Source of the DNA: Solirubrobacteraceae bacterium
GTDB taxonomy: Bacteria; Actinomycetota; Thermoleophilia; Solirubrobacterales; Solirubrobacteraceae
Direction: 5' to 3'
Length of the DNA: 64,000 nt
NCBI GenBank assembly: GCA_035473995.1
Contig: DATINR010000132.1
Location: 9,737-73,736, forward strand
Part shown: positions 45,422-53,868 of the stretch, piece after piece
Layout of the letters: every line of letters starts with the position of its first letter
Numbering within the stretch: the stretch's first letter is position 1
Notes under the pieces: generated by a model
Told to the model about the DNA's origin: nothing
Databases searched by the model: none
Seen by the model: only the letters and a program-made list of their open reading frames with translations
Position numbers and translations under genes: made by a program

Positions 45422-45452
45422 ATGCGAGAGCGGCGCGGTGCGAGCCGCCGGC

Positions 45453-46352
45453 TCATTGCGTCGAGCCCATTGCCGGGAGCGGCTCGGACGCGAAGGCCGC
45501 GACCAGCTCGGCGGTCCGCTCCGGCTGGTCGATCGCGACGAACGTGTAGCTGTCCTCGATTCGCTCGAGACGCGCATCGGGGAAGGCGGCGGCGAGGCGC
45601 TCGGCGTAGCGCAGCTTGAAGAAACGATCCTCGGGCGCCCAAGCGATCAGCACGGGCTTGTCGAACTCGCCGAAGCGCTCGGCCGCCTGCAGCGTGTAGC
45701 GGTTGGAGATGCCCTTGAGGATCGCGGCGATCTCGCGGCGGATTGCGGCGCTCGAGAGCGCGGGCGCGAGCCAAGCGTCGCTGAGCTCGTCGGGGATGCC
45801 GCGCTTGGACAGCCAGCCGAATGCGAACGGCAGTCGCCGCGCCGCCCGTGGACGGAGCGACTGCGCGACCAGGAAGACCGCACCGGGGACGCGTGCGAGC
45901 GCCTGCAACGGGCGGAACATCGGCGGCAGGAAGTTCTCATAGGCGTCGCACGGCGTGAGTACGAGGCGGGCCAACCGCTCGGGATGGTGCACGGCGACGA
46001 GCTGGCAGATCGCGCCGCCGGTGTCGTTGCCCACGAGCGTGACCCCCTCCAGGTCGAGCGCCTGGAGGAAGTCGGCGACGATCGCGGCCAGACCGAGGGG
46101 AGAGAGATCGGTCCCGGCGTTCATCGGCGGCTCCTGGGAGCCGAGCGGCAGATCGGGCACGATCACGCGGAAGTCGCGCGCTAGGCGCGGCGCCACCTCG
46201 CGCCACAGCTGGCCGTTGACGAGCAGACCGTGCACGAGCACGATCGGCTCACCGGTGCCCAGCTCGCGATAGCGGATCACGCCCTGGGGCAGTCGTGCCT
46301 CGCGCATCGCGACATCGCTCATCGGGGTCTCGCCGATCGGTTGCGCGCTCAT
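45453..46352 (-). CDS. Alpha/beta hydrolase (epoxide hydrolase/dehalogenase-like, Asp nucleophile)
   Basis: VHGLLVN, GNDTGG; 4-bp overlap with upstream NTF2 gene. Confidence 0.85.
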   Translation of the reverse strand: MSAQPIGETPMSDVAMREARLPQGVIRYRELGTGEPIVLVHGLLVNGQLWREVAPRLARDFRVIVPDLPLGSQEPPMNAGTDLSPLGLAAIVADFLQALDLEGVTLVGNDTGGAICQLVAVHHPERLARLVLTPCDAYENFLPPMFRPLQALARVPGAVFLVAQSLRPRAARRLPFAFGWLSKRGIPDELSDAWLAPALSSAAIRREIAAILKGISNRYTLQAAERFGEFDKPVLIAWAPEDRFFKLRYAERLAAAFPDARLERIEDSYTFVAIDQPERTAELVAAFASEPLPAMGSTQ

Positions 46353-46879
46353 CGTGCCGACCTCTCCGTGACCGGTGCGAGGGGGCGTGCCATGCGCAAG
46401 CGCGCGAAGCGCGGCCAGCTGCGCGGGCTGCGCGCGATCGCGGCAAGCAGCGGCGTGGCGTCGTAGTAGGACTCGCGCTCGACCGCGAGGCCGTCGCACA
46501 GCGTGATCCTGTCGCACGCGCGCCATGCGATCGCCCGCCGGCCCAGCGTGCCGCGCAGCGTCAGCTCGACGTAGAGCGTGTCCTCGCGCGCCGCCCACCG
46601 CTCTACCTCCCCGTACAGATCAGGGATCAGCGTGAACAGTGGCCTGACGAAGCGCTTCTCGAAATCGGCGTACCCGACGATCGCGGGCAACTGTGGCTGG
46701 ATCAGGCGCACGTCCTCGGCGAGCAGCTGGCGGAAGTGGGCGACGAAGGCGTCCGGGCCGCGCCGTGCGCGCCACCCCTCGGCAAAGCTCGCGACCCAGT
46801 CATCGGGTGTTCTCGCGCGAGCGGCCACATGATCGGCCACTACCGGGTCGGTCTCGACTGCCAGGCCTGACGGGCTCAC
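46349..46879 (-). CDS. SnoaL/NTF2-like protein
   Basis: DVRLIQP, LYVELTLRG, RESYYD; AAGGAG RBS before GTG 46879. Confidence 0.75.
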   Translation of the reverse strand: MSPSGLAVETDPVVADHVAARARTPDDWVASFAEGWRARRGPDAFVAHFRQLLAEDVRLIQPQLPAIVGYADFEKRFVRPLFTLIPDLYGEVERWAAREDTLYVELTLRGTLGRRAIAWRACDRITLCDGLAVERESYYDATPLLAAIARSPRSWPRFARLRMARPLAPVTERSAR

Positions 46880-46952
46880 GATCTCGCTCCTTCGGCTTTG
46901 GTGGGAAGCGACATCCGCTTCCGGGAGGGTAGAGGCGGCGTTGCAGAGGTTC

Positions 46953-46990
46953 ACATACAGCCTGTATGTATCTAGCATACAGACAGTATG
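46953..46990. promoter_or_regulatory. Two TetR-type operators ACATACAG-C-CTGTATGT and CATAC-AGACA-GTATG
   Basis: Perfect palindrome 46953-46969; second copy 46976-46990 overlaps the TetR ATG. Confidence 0.75.
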
Positions 46991-47641
46991 GATGTCAAAT
47001 CTGAGTCGACGGAGCGGGGGGGTCCCGCGCGTACGCTCAAGGCCGAGCAGTCGGAGGCGACGCGCGCGGCGCTCGTCTCCGCTGCCCGCGGACTGTTCGC
47101 CGAGCGTGGATACGCGGCCGTCGGGACAGAGGAGATCGTGCGCGCGGCGGGCGTCACGCGGGGGGCGCTCTACCACCACTTCGAGGGCAAGCGCGAGCTC
47201 TTCCAGGCCGTCTACGAAGACGTCGAGCAGGCCCTGCTGGAACGGATCGCCGAGCTGGCCGACCAGTCGGCGCGCGATCCGCTGGAGGTGCTGCACGCCG
47301 GCGCGCAGGCCTTCCTCGACGCCTGCGAAGACCCCGCGGTGCAGCGCATCGCGCTGCTCGACGCGCCCTCGGTGCTCGGCTGGGAGCTGTGGCGCGAGAT
47401 CGGCATGCGCTACGGCCTCGGTCTCGTCGAAGGCACCGTGCAGGCGTCGATCGAGGCGGGCTTGATCGAGCCGCAGCCGGCCGGTCCGCTCGCGCACCTG
47501 CTGCTCGGCGCGATCGACGAGGGTGCGATGCTCGTCGCGCGGGCCGATGACGGAGGGCAGACGCGCGAGCAGGTCGGCGCCTCGGTGGCGCGCATGCTCG
47601 ACTCGCTGCGCTCGACCGACGTGCAGCCGGGCAGCGGCTGA
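46988..47641 (+). CDS. TetR/AcrR-family regulator
   Basis: ARGLFAERGYAAVGTEEIVRAAGVTRGALYHHF. Confidence 0.95.
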   Translation: MDVKSESTERGGPARTLKAEQSEATRAALVSAARGLFAERGYAAVGTEEIVRAAGVTRGALYHHFEGKRELFQAVYEDVEQALLERIAELADQSARDPLEVLHAGAQAFLDACEDPAVQRIALLDAPSVLGWELWREIGMRYGLGLVEGTVQASIEAGLIEPQPAGPLAHLLLGAIDEGAMLVARADDGGQTREQVGASVARMLDSLRSTDVQPGSG

Positions 47642-47648
47642 GCTCGTC

Positions 47649-47972
47649 TCAGGCCTTCTGCTGCTCGATCCACGCGAAGATCCCGCGCGAGTGCGTGATC
47701 ACGGTGCCGTCGGCGAGCTTCAGCGTCGGCAGCTTCGTCTCGCCGGTGGCAGCACGCAGCTCCTCGCGCGAGCCTTTGCGCAGGAACGGAATCGGGTTGC
47801 CGTGCGCGGCGACGACCTTCTCGTACTCGATCCCGGCCTCGCGCAGCGCTTCCTGCACGCGCCTGCACGGATGGATGCGCGGTCCGCCGTCGTCGCCGTG
47901 GCATACGTACAGCGTGGGGGCCTGCGCCGTCTGATCGCCGAGTTGCGTCACCTGCTGCTCGACCTCCGCCAT
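47649..47972 (-). CDS. GST N-terminal/glutaredoxin-like protein
   Basis: HPCRRVQEAL, KLPTLKLADGTVITHS; AGGAGG RBS. Confidence 0.75.
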   Translation of the reverse strand: MAEVEQQVTQLGDQTAQAPTLYVCHGDDGGPRIHPCRRVQEALREAGIEYEKVVAAHGNPIPFLRKGSREELRAATGETKLPTLKLADGTVITHSRGIFAWIEQQKA

Positions 47973-48132
47973 CTGATCCTCCTGTCCTCGGAGCCTTCGG
48001 AAGGGCTCAGCGTGTCATCTACAGCAGAGACGGGGCGGAGAGGGGAAGCTCATCGGTGCGGCGCACGGCACGTGAAGTTCTCGGCGCCGGCATGGCGTCG
48101 CGGCGCGCTAGCGTGGCGCCATCGCAGCGCTG

Positions 48133-48723
48133 ATGCCCCGCATCCAGTTGATCCTCGGCTCCACGCGGGAGGGACGCTTCGGCGAGAAAGCCGCCGGCTG
48201 GGCGCTCGCCCGCGTGGCCCGGCGCGAGGATCTCAGCGTCGAGCCGGTCGATCTGCGCGACTACCCGATGCCCTTCTACGAGCAGGTCGTCCCGCCGGCT
48301 CGCAGGCAGCGCGACTACCCGCCCGAGGTTGCGCGCTGGGCGGAGAAGGTCGATGCCGCCGACGGCTACCTGATCGTCACGCCCGAGTACAACCACGGCT
48401 ACCCGGCCGAGCTGAAGAACGCGCTCGACCAGGTCTTCCCCGAGCTCAACCGCAAGCCGGTCGCGTTCATCGGCTACGGCAACACCGGGGGAGCGCGGGC
48501 GATCGAGCAGCTGCGCCTCGTCTGCGTCGAGCTCGAGATGGCGCCGCTGCGCCATGCCGTGCACATCCTGCCGTCCGTGATGATCCCGGCGCGGCAAGCC
48601 GAGGGGCCGTTCGACCCGGAGGTGTTCGCCTCGCTCGACGAGCGCCTGGACACGGCGGTGACCGATCTCGTGTGGTGGGCAAGGGCACTCGCGCGTGCGC
48701 GCGCGGAGGATCCCGTCGACTGA
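48133..48723 (+). CDS. NADPH-dependent FMN reductase
   Basis: LGSTREGRFG, VTPEYNHGYPAELKNALD. Confidence 0.92.
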   Translation: MPRIQLILGSTREGRFGEKAAGWALARVARREDLSVEPVDLRDYPMPFYEQVVPPARRQRDYPPEVARWAEKVDAADGYLIVTPEYNHGYPAELKNALDQVFPELNRKPVAFIGYGNTGGARAIEQLRLVCVELEMAPLRHAVHILPSVMIPARQAEGPFDPEVFASLDERLDTAVTDLVWWARALARARAEDPVD

Positions 48724-48793
48724 AGCGAACGCTGCGCCGAGCCCGTACCTGTGGCTCGCCTCACATTTCCGGCCGTGCGCGCGTTGAGAATGG

Positions 48794-49336
48794 GTGAGCG
48801 TGAACGTCGACGATCAGATCAGGGATGGCGCGGGGCAGGTCTCCTTCGAGACCGCGCTCGGCACGTGTGGCGTGTGCTGGAGCGCGCTTGGGATCACCGA
48901 GGTGCTGCTGCCTCCGGCGAGGGGGCTGGCGCCGGGCCGGGATCAGGGAGACGTGCCAGAGGCGATCGGTGAGGCGATTGCAGGTATCGCTGCGCTGCTC
49001 GGTGGCGAGCGGCGCGACCTGCGCTCGGTCGTGCTCGACGAACGCGCGCTCGACGAGTTCCAGCGGCGCGTGTATGCGGCAACGCGTGTGATCGGGCCGG
49101 GGGAGACGGCCAGCTACGGCCAGATCGCCGGAGCGCTCGGTGCGCCGCAGGAGGCACGTGCCGTCGGTGCTGCGCTCGGGCGCAACCCGTTCCCGGTCGT
49201 CGTGCCGTGCCACCGGGTGCTGTCGGCCAACGGCGCACTGCACGGTTTCTCGGCGCCGGGCGGTCTGCGCACCAAGCGGCGCATGCTCGAGATCGAGGGC
49301 GCTCCGGGGTTCACGCAGCAGGCGCTGTTCGCGTGA
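48794..49336 (+). CDS. ogt: Methylated-DNA-protein-cysteine methyltransferase
   Basis: SYGQIA, ARAVGAA, active site VVPCHRV. Confidence 0.92.
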   Translation: MSVNVDDQIRDGAGQVSFETALGTCGVCWSALGITEVLLPPARGLAPGRDQGDVPEAIGEAIAGIAALLGGERRDLRSVVLDERALDEFQRRVYAATRVIGPGETASYGQIAGALGAPQEARAVGAALGRNPFPVVVPCHRVLSANGALHGFSAPGGLRTKRRMLEIEGAPGFTQQALFA

Positions 49337-49357
49337 GCCGCACGTAGCGGCCGCACG

Positions 49358-49636
49358 CTAGAGGATCGCCTCGGGCGGGATCCGCGCCTCGGCCATCACG
49401 ACCCGCCGGCCGCGAATCGAGACGCCCTCGGCGACCAGCTTGGCACGCTGCTCGGCGCCCTTCGGCCATGTGCCGTCGCTGCGCACGACACGCCACCACG
49501 GAAGGTCCTGTGGCATCTGCGAGAGCGCACGCCCGGCGTGACGCGGGGCGCCCGGGGCCAAGTCTCCATAAGTCGTGACGAAGCCGGGCGGGACGCGGCG
49601 CACGCGGTCGTAGATCGTTTGCGGGCTGACGGCCAT
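49358..49636 (-). CDS. Alkyltransferase-like (ATL) protein
   Basis: VPPGFVTTYGD, PWWRVV (Trp at the catalytic Cys position). Confidence 0.8.
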   Translation of the reverse strand: MAVSPQTIYDRVRRVPPGFVTTYGDLAPGAPRHAGRALSQMPQDLPWWRVVRSDGTWPKGAEQRAKLVAEGVSIRGRRVVMAEARIPPEAIL

Positions 49637-49752
49637 CGCTCGTACATATCAACACGTGCATCTGCGTCGTGCAGGGACCCTTGGCACGCCCGATTCGGCG
49701 GGTCGCACCGAACTGGGCAGTAGGCGCGGACGCCTAGCGTCAAACTGGGCGG

Positions 49753-49964
49753 GTGCTCACGGCATTCGCGCGGCGGCGGTCAGCTTCATGATGCTGATGT
49801 ACGTGCTCGAGCGGCGTCATCGGCGCTACATCCTCGGCTTCGCCTGCGGCTGCGCTCTGTCCAGCGCCTACGGCTTCCTCTCGGGAACCTGGCCCTTCGG
49901 CGTCGTAGAGGCGATCTGGGCGGGGGTGGCGCTCAATCGCTTCCGGCGCTCTGAGTCCTATTGA
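49753..49964 (+). pseudogene. Small membrane protein gene with apparent 1-nt deletion near the 5' end
   Basis: GTG CTC ACG GCA TTC then 11 nt before GTC AGC TTC ATG; one added base gives MLTAFxAAAVSFMMLMYVLERR...WPFGVVEAIW. Confidence 0.5.
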
Positions 49965-49993
49965 GCAAAAGTTCGACGTTTAGCATGGCCCAG

Positions 49994-50617
49994 ATGTCCG
50001 CCGGCGACCGTGAGCCTGAGCAGACCCGCGCAAGGGACGGAGTGGCGTGGCGCATCGGCACAGACGCCGAGGTGGGCTGGATCAGGAGCCGGACGGTGGC
50101 TGGCCTGTCGATCACGTCGGCGATCCCGCCGGTGTTCGAGGACTACGCGACCGTGGTCCTGCCTGCGCCCGACTGGAACGACGAGTTCCGGAGCCGAGCG
50201 ATCGCCGAGCACGACCGAGCAGTACTGAAGCTGCTCGAGCGGCCTGCACCCCCGCAGCCGTGGTGGCTCGGATATCTGGAAACCGGCGACAGCGACATCG
50301 TCTTCGACGATGCACCGCGGGTGAGGCCCTACACCGTCGACTGGCGCTACGTGCTCGTTGAGGCGTACCCCGAGCAAGCGGCGAGCTGGCGAGCGACCAG
50401 CGACCAAGTCGGTTGGAAGGGCACCGAGCTTCCGGACGTGATCTTCCCGCAGGATCGCTCCTGGCTGCTGTCGACGCTCTGGGACGACGACTGGAGCTGC
50501 ATCGGCGGCTCGCGAGCACTGATCGCCGAGCTCCTCGCCGACCGTCTGCTCGGTCCTCGCGCCCGGCGAGTCACGATCGACCAGGACGCAACGCCGCCGG
50601 GGCACGTGGCTATTTAG
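49994..50617 (+). CDS. Conserved-looking hypothetical protein
   Basis: PWWLGYLETG, FPQDRSWLLSTLWDDDWSCIGG; TAGCAT-N7-ATG. Confidence 0.65.
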   Translation: MSAGDREPEQTRARDGVAWRIGTDAEVGWIRSRTVAGLSITSAIPPVFEDYATVVLPAPDWNDEFRSRAIAEHDRAVLKLLERPAPPQPWWLGYLETGDSDIVFDDAPRVRPYTVDWRYVLVEAYPEQAASWRATSDQVGWKGTELPDVIFPQDRSWLLSTLWDDDWSCIGGSRALIAELLADRLLGPRARRVTIDQDATPPGHVAI

Positions 50618-50745
50618 CCAGCGAAGGCGAGGTAGGCGTCAAGCGGTCCTCAGCGCGTTCCCATCCAACGCTCGATAATGCATGTTATGTAAATAAGACG
50701 ATTTCTGTGCTGGCGTGAATGCCCCGCCCCAGAACAGCCCCACGC

Positions 50746-51447
50746 CTACTTCTCGAGGTCGCGATGGGTGATCGTGCCCGAACGCAGCGCCTGCTCGGCC
50801 AGCGCGGCTCGCTTCTGGTTCTGCGCCAGCTCGCCGAGGCCGAACTTGGCGAACATCGCGCGCAAATGCAGCTTCACGGCGTCGACGCTGAGGAACAGCT
50901 CGCCCGCGATCTCCCGGTTCGTCGCGGGAGTCGCGTAGGCGCCGTCGCGGTATGGCCTGCACAGCGCGATCAGGACCTGGCGCTGCATGTCGGTCAGCCG
51001 CACGATGGCCTGCTCGCTCGCCGCCACGGTCTGGTCCACCAGCGTCGCCTGCGCCGCTCGGTACTCGAGCATCGTCCGCCCCACACGGATCAGGTCGCCG
51101 TCGCGCAGTCGCTGGCGAGCGGAGATTCGCTCTCCGTTTACATAAGTCCCGTTCGTCGACAGCCCATCGTCGACAATCGTCAGTTCGCCGCCGACGCGAT
51201 GCAACTCCAGATGAAGCCCCGAGACCTCGCCGTCCCAGCGCAGCGGCAGGTCCGCCTCGGCGCGGCGACCGACTGTCGCGACCGTGCGCTCGCCGGCCCC
51301 GAACGTGAAGAAGCGCAATACCTCCTCGTCGTCGCGGAAGGCGAGAAAGGCCTCCCCTCCGCGCTCGACGCCGAGCAGCTCCTTCAGCTCGGAGGCCGAC
51401 AGCGAGTGCTTCGCGAGCGGGGCTGTGCTGAACGACTGCTCGGGCAT
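50746..51447 (-). CDS. FHA domain plus C-terminal LuxR-like HTH regulator
   Basis: VGRR, VSGLH, STNGTYVNG; LTDMQRQVL...TNREIAGELFLSVDAVKLHL. Confidence 0.85.
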   Translation of the reverse strand: MPEQSFSTAPLAKHSLSASELKELLGVERGGEAFLAFRDDEEVLRFFTFGAGERTVATVGRRAEADLPLRWDGEVSGLHLELHRVGGELTIVDDGLSTNGTYVNGERISARQRLRDGDLIRVGRTMLEYRAAQATLVDQTVAASEQAIVRLTDMQRQVLIALCRPYRDGAYATPATNREIAGELFLSVDAVKLHLRAMFAKFGLGELAQNQKRAALAEQALRSGTITHRDLEK

Positions 51448-51462
51448 CGCGAGGTTCGCACG

Positions 51463-53220
51463 CTACGCCGCGCGCTTGCGCCGTTCCCCGGCCTCCGCCG
51501 CCGCGCCTGCCGAGGGAACGTGGCAGACGAACGCGCCACCCGCGAGCGCCGGCGCGAGATCCAGCGAGGCCGTGTATATGCCGCTCGAAGCGTTCTGCGC
51601 ACCGCCGGACGCGTTCTGCGCCGCGAGCAGCTGACCGCACAACGCCGGGGCCGTGGCGGTCGCCGGGACGCTCTTGCTCAGTTCGCTCGCGTCGAGCACG
51701 CCGCTGTAGATGCCCGTGCCGTCGTAGTCGGTGCCGTGCACGACGACGACGGCATCGCCGCGACGAATCGCCGTGGCGACGCTCGGCGGCAGCACGAGCG
51801 TGCGCGTGTAGTGCAACGCGCCTCCCGAGGGAAAGCGATGGAACGCGAGGATGCTCGCCACGCTCGTGTCGCCATGCGTCGTCAGCGCCTGCACGGGCGG
51901 GCCGTAGTAGTTGATTCCGTCTGAGGTGCTGATCGCCAGGTGGCCGTTGTGGCGCCGTGCCGCCGAGGCCGGCGGGCACTGGCCTTTGCCGCCCGCATGT
52001 ATGTGCATCAGGTGCACGAGTTCCGCGCCGTTGTCCAAGCCGCTTGTCGTGACCGTGACGGCTGCCTTGTCGCCGTCGAGGCGGACCAGCGCTTCACCGG
52101 AGCCCGTCACGTGATTGGAGGGCACCTCGGCAAGCGGCGCCTGTGAGAGCTTGCCGCTCGGCCCGCTCGAACCGGATGCGAGCACCACCACAACCACCGC
52201 CGCCACTGCCAGCCCCAGGAAGGCGGCAGCGACGGGCCACCACCTGCGCCGCCTCGCCTCCTGCCCGTCGCGCCCAGGCGAGGCGATCGCGGATGCCGGC
52301 TCGGGCGTCCCCGAAGGTGCAGGCTGCGAGTGTTCATCCACGGACGCCGGCATCGACGGCGTCGTCGTCGTGACGCCTCCGACGGCTGCACTCTCGCACG
52401 CGTCCAGAAACTCCTCGCAGGAGTCGTAGCGATCGGCCGGGTCGCGCGCGAGCGCCTTGGCGATCACCTCGTCGAGCTCGCCCGGCAGGCCCGGACGCAC
52501 GTGCGTCAGCGGCTCGAGCGGACCCTGCGGCGGGCGCGCGCCTTCGGCCAGCTCGCGCTGGAACGGGATCCTTCCGGCGAGGCACTCGTAGAACGTCACC
52601 GCGAGCGCGTACTCGTCCGTCTGCGCTGAGACTTCGCGGCCTCCCATCTGCTCCGGCGCCATGTACCCGACCGTGCCGATCGAGGCGCCCGTTGCGGTCA
52701 GTCCGGCGCCGAGCATCGCGGCGTCCTTGGCGATGCCGAAGTCCGTCAGGTACACGTGTTCGATCGAGCCCGTCGCGGATCGCTGCACGAGGATGTTGGC
52801 CGGCTTGACGTCGCGGTGGACGAGCCCGTGCGCGTGCGCCGCATCCAGCGCCAGCCCGATCGGCGTGAGGATTCGCAGCGCCTGCTCCGGGTCGAGCGGG
52901 CCGGCGCTCGAGAGCAGCGTTTTCAGGTCCCCTCCGGCGACATAGCGCATCACGATGTACAGCGAGTCCTCGTGCAAGCCCATGTCGTGGATCGGGATCA
53001 CGTTGGGGTGATCCAGGCTCGCCGCCGTCTGCGCCTCGCGCAGGAAGCGCTCGCGGAACGTGTCGTCGGAGCTCAGCTCCGGCGCCAGCACCTTCAGCGC
53101 GACCGTCATGCCGAGTCGCGCATGCTTGGCGCCGTACACGACGCTCATGCCGCCGCGCCCGATGACGGAGTCGATCAGGTAGTTGCCGAGCTGACCGCCG
53201 ACCACGAGATTGTCCGCCAC
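51463..53220 (-). CDS. Transmembrane Ser/Thr protein kinase with extracellular CHRD/Cu-Zn-SOD-like domain
   Basis: IGRGGM, VALKVL, HRDVKPANIL, DFG, YMAPE; TM; HLMHIH...C and VVVHG; TAGACT-N6-GTG. Confidence 0.88.
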   Translation of the reverse strand: MADNLVVGGQLGNYLIDSVIGRGGMSVVYGAKHARLGMTVALKVLAPELSSDDTFRERFLREAQTAASLDHPNVIPIHDMGLHEDSLYIVMRYVAGGDLKTLLSSAGPLDPEQALRILTPIGLALDAAHAHGLVHRDVKPANILVQRSATGSIEHVYLTDFGIAKDAAMLGAGLTATGASIGTVGYMAPEQMGGREVSAQTDEYALAVTFYECLAGRIPFQRELAEGARPPQGPLEPLTHVRPGLPGELDEVIAKALARDPADRYDSCEEFLDACESAAVGGVTTTTPSMPASVDEHSQPAPSGTPEPASAIASPGRDGQEARRRRWWPVAAAFLGLAVAAVVVVVLASGSSGPSGKLSQAPLAEVPSNHVTGSGEALVRLDGDKAAVTVTTSGLDNGAELVHLMHIHAGGKGQCPPASAARRHNGHLAISTSDGINYYGPPVQALTTHGDTSVASILAFHRFPSGGALHYTRTLVLPPSVATAIRRGDAVVVVHGTDYDGTGIYSGVLDASELSKSVPATATAPALCGQLLAAQNASGGAQNASSGIYTASLDLAPALAGGAFVCHVPSAGAAAEAGERRKRAA

Positions 53221-53276
53221 GCGCTAAGTCTAAGCGGAGCGCCCCCCGCCGATCGGGCGCGAGCGGTGCGTCGTGG

Positions 53277-53323
53277 AGCCGGCTCTCCCGTGTCGATCGC
53301 CGACCTGCACGGGAGAGCCGGCT
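53277..53323 (-). terminator. 16-bp perfect-stem hairpin
   Basis: AGCCGGCTCTCCCGTG / CACGGGAGAGCCGGCT downstream of the small secreted gene. Confidence 0.65.
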
Positions 53324-53350
53324 GCTGCTGGGCGCTGCTGCCTGGCGCTC

Positions 53351-53713
53351 TCAGCGAGCGCTCCGTGCGACGCGCAGGACGCCGTCGCGGGGCGCGCCGT
53401 ATTTGTGAGTCTCGCCACCCGTGACGGGGTTGGCCTTGACCTTCGCCCCGCTGACCGCGTTGATCAGCCAGCCGAAGTGCCATTCGCCGTCCTCGCCGCA
53501 CGTGAACAGCCCGACTTTCGACCCGACCGGGACCGTTTCGAGTTTGCCGTCGTTTTCGATCAGGCAGCCTTTGCTGCCGCCCGAGCCCTGCTTGGTGTCC
53601 GCGTGCGCCGGCGCGGCGCCGATGAACGCGACCGCGGCTGCGCCGATCGCGGCGGCGGCGAGGACCTTGCGGGAGATGCTCGTGAACGTTGAGGTGATCT
53701 GGAGGTTGTGCAT
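53351..53713 (-). CDS. Small secreted hypothetical protein with one Cys pair
   Basis: AAGGAG RBS, signal peptide ending PAHA-D, KGCLIE...FTCGEDGEW. Confidence 0.65.
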   Translation of the reverse strand: MHNLQITSTFTSISRKVLAAAAIGAAAVAFIGAAPAHADTKQGSGGSKGCLIENDGKLETVPVGSKVGLFTCGEDGEWHFGWLINAVSGAKVKANPVTGGETHKYGAPRDGVLRVARSAR

Positions 53714-53782
53714 TGTGCTGCTCCTTTGTGAGTGGATTGCTTGACAACCTCATCCTCGATTGCGCAGGAGCTCGCGCACAGG

Positions 53783-53794
53783 ACCCCTAGGGGT
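53783..53794. promoter_or_regulatory. Palindrome ACCCCTAGGGGT
   Basis: Perfect 12-bp palindrome between the divergent secreted gene and chrA. Confidence 0.5.
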
Positions 53795-53868
53795 AGTCCT
53801 GGTCACCCTTTCGCCACGTACACGCTCTCTGAACGAGACACGCCGATCGCAGTGCATACGCTGCAGCG

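Noticed and set aside
48041-48070. GGGAAGCTC as a fourth ECF promoter copy (also GGGAAG near 4605)
   Set aside because: No GTC at the +23 position
49961-49976. Weak LexA-like sequence TTGAGCAAAAGTTCGA before a hypothetical gene
   Set aside because: Two mismatches in the conserved left half-site; not supportable without a PWM score
50719-51924. 401-aa plus-strand ORF after the AT-rich patch
   Set aside because: Fully antisense to the FHA regulator and kinase; no recognisable motifs
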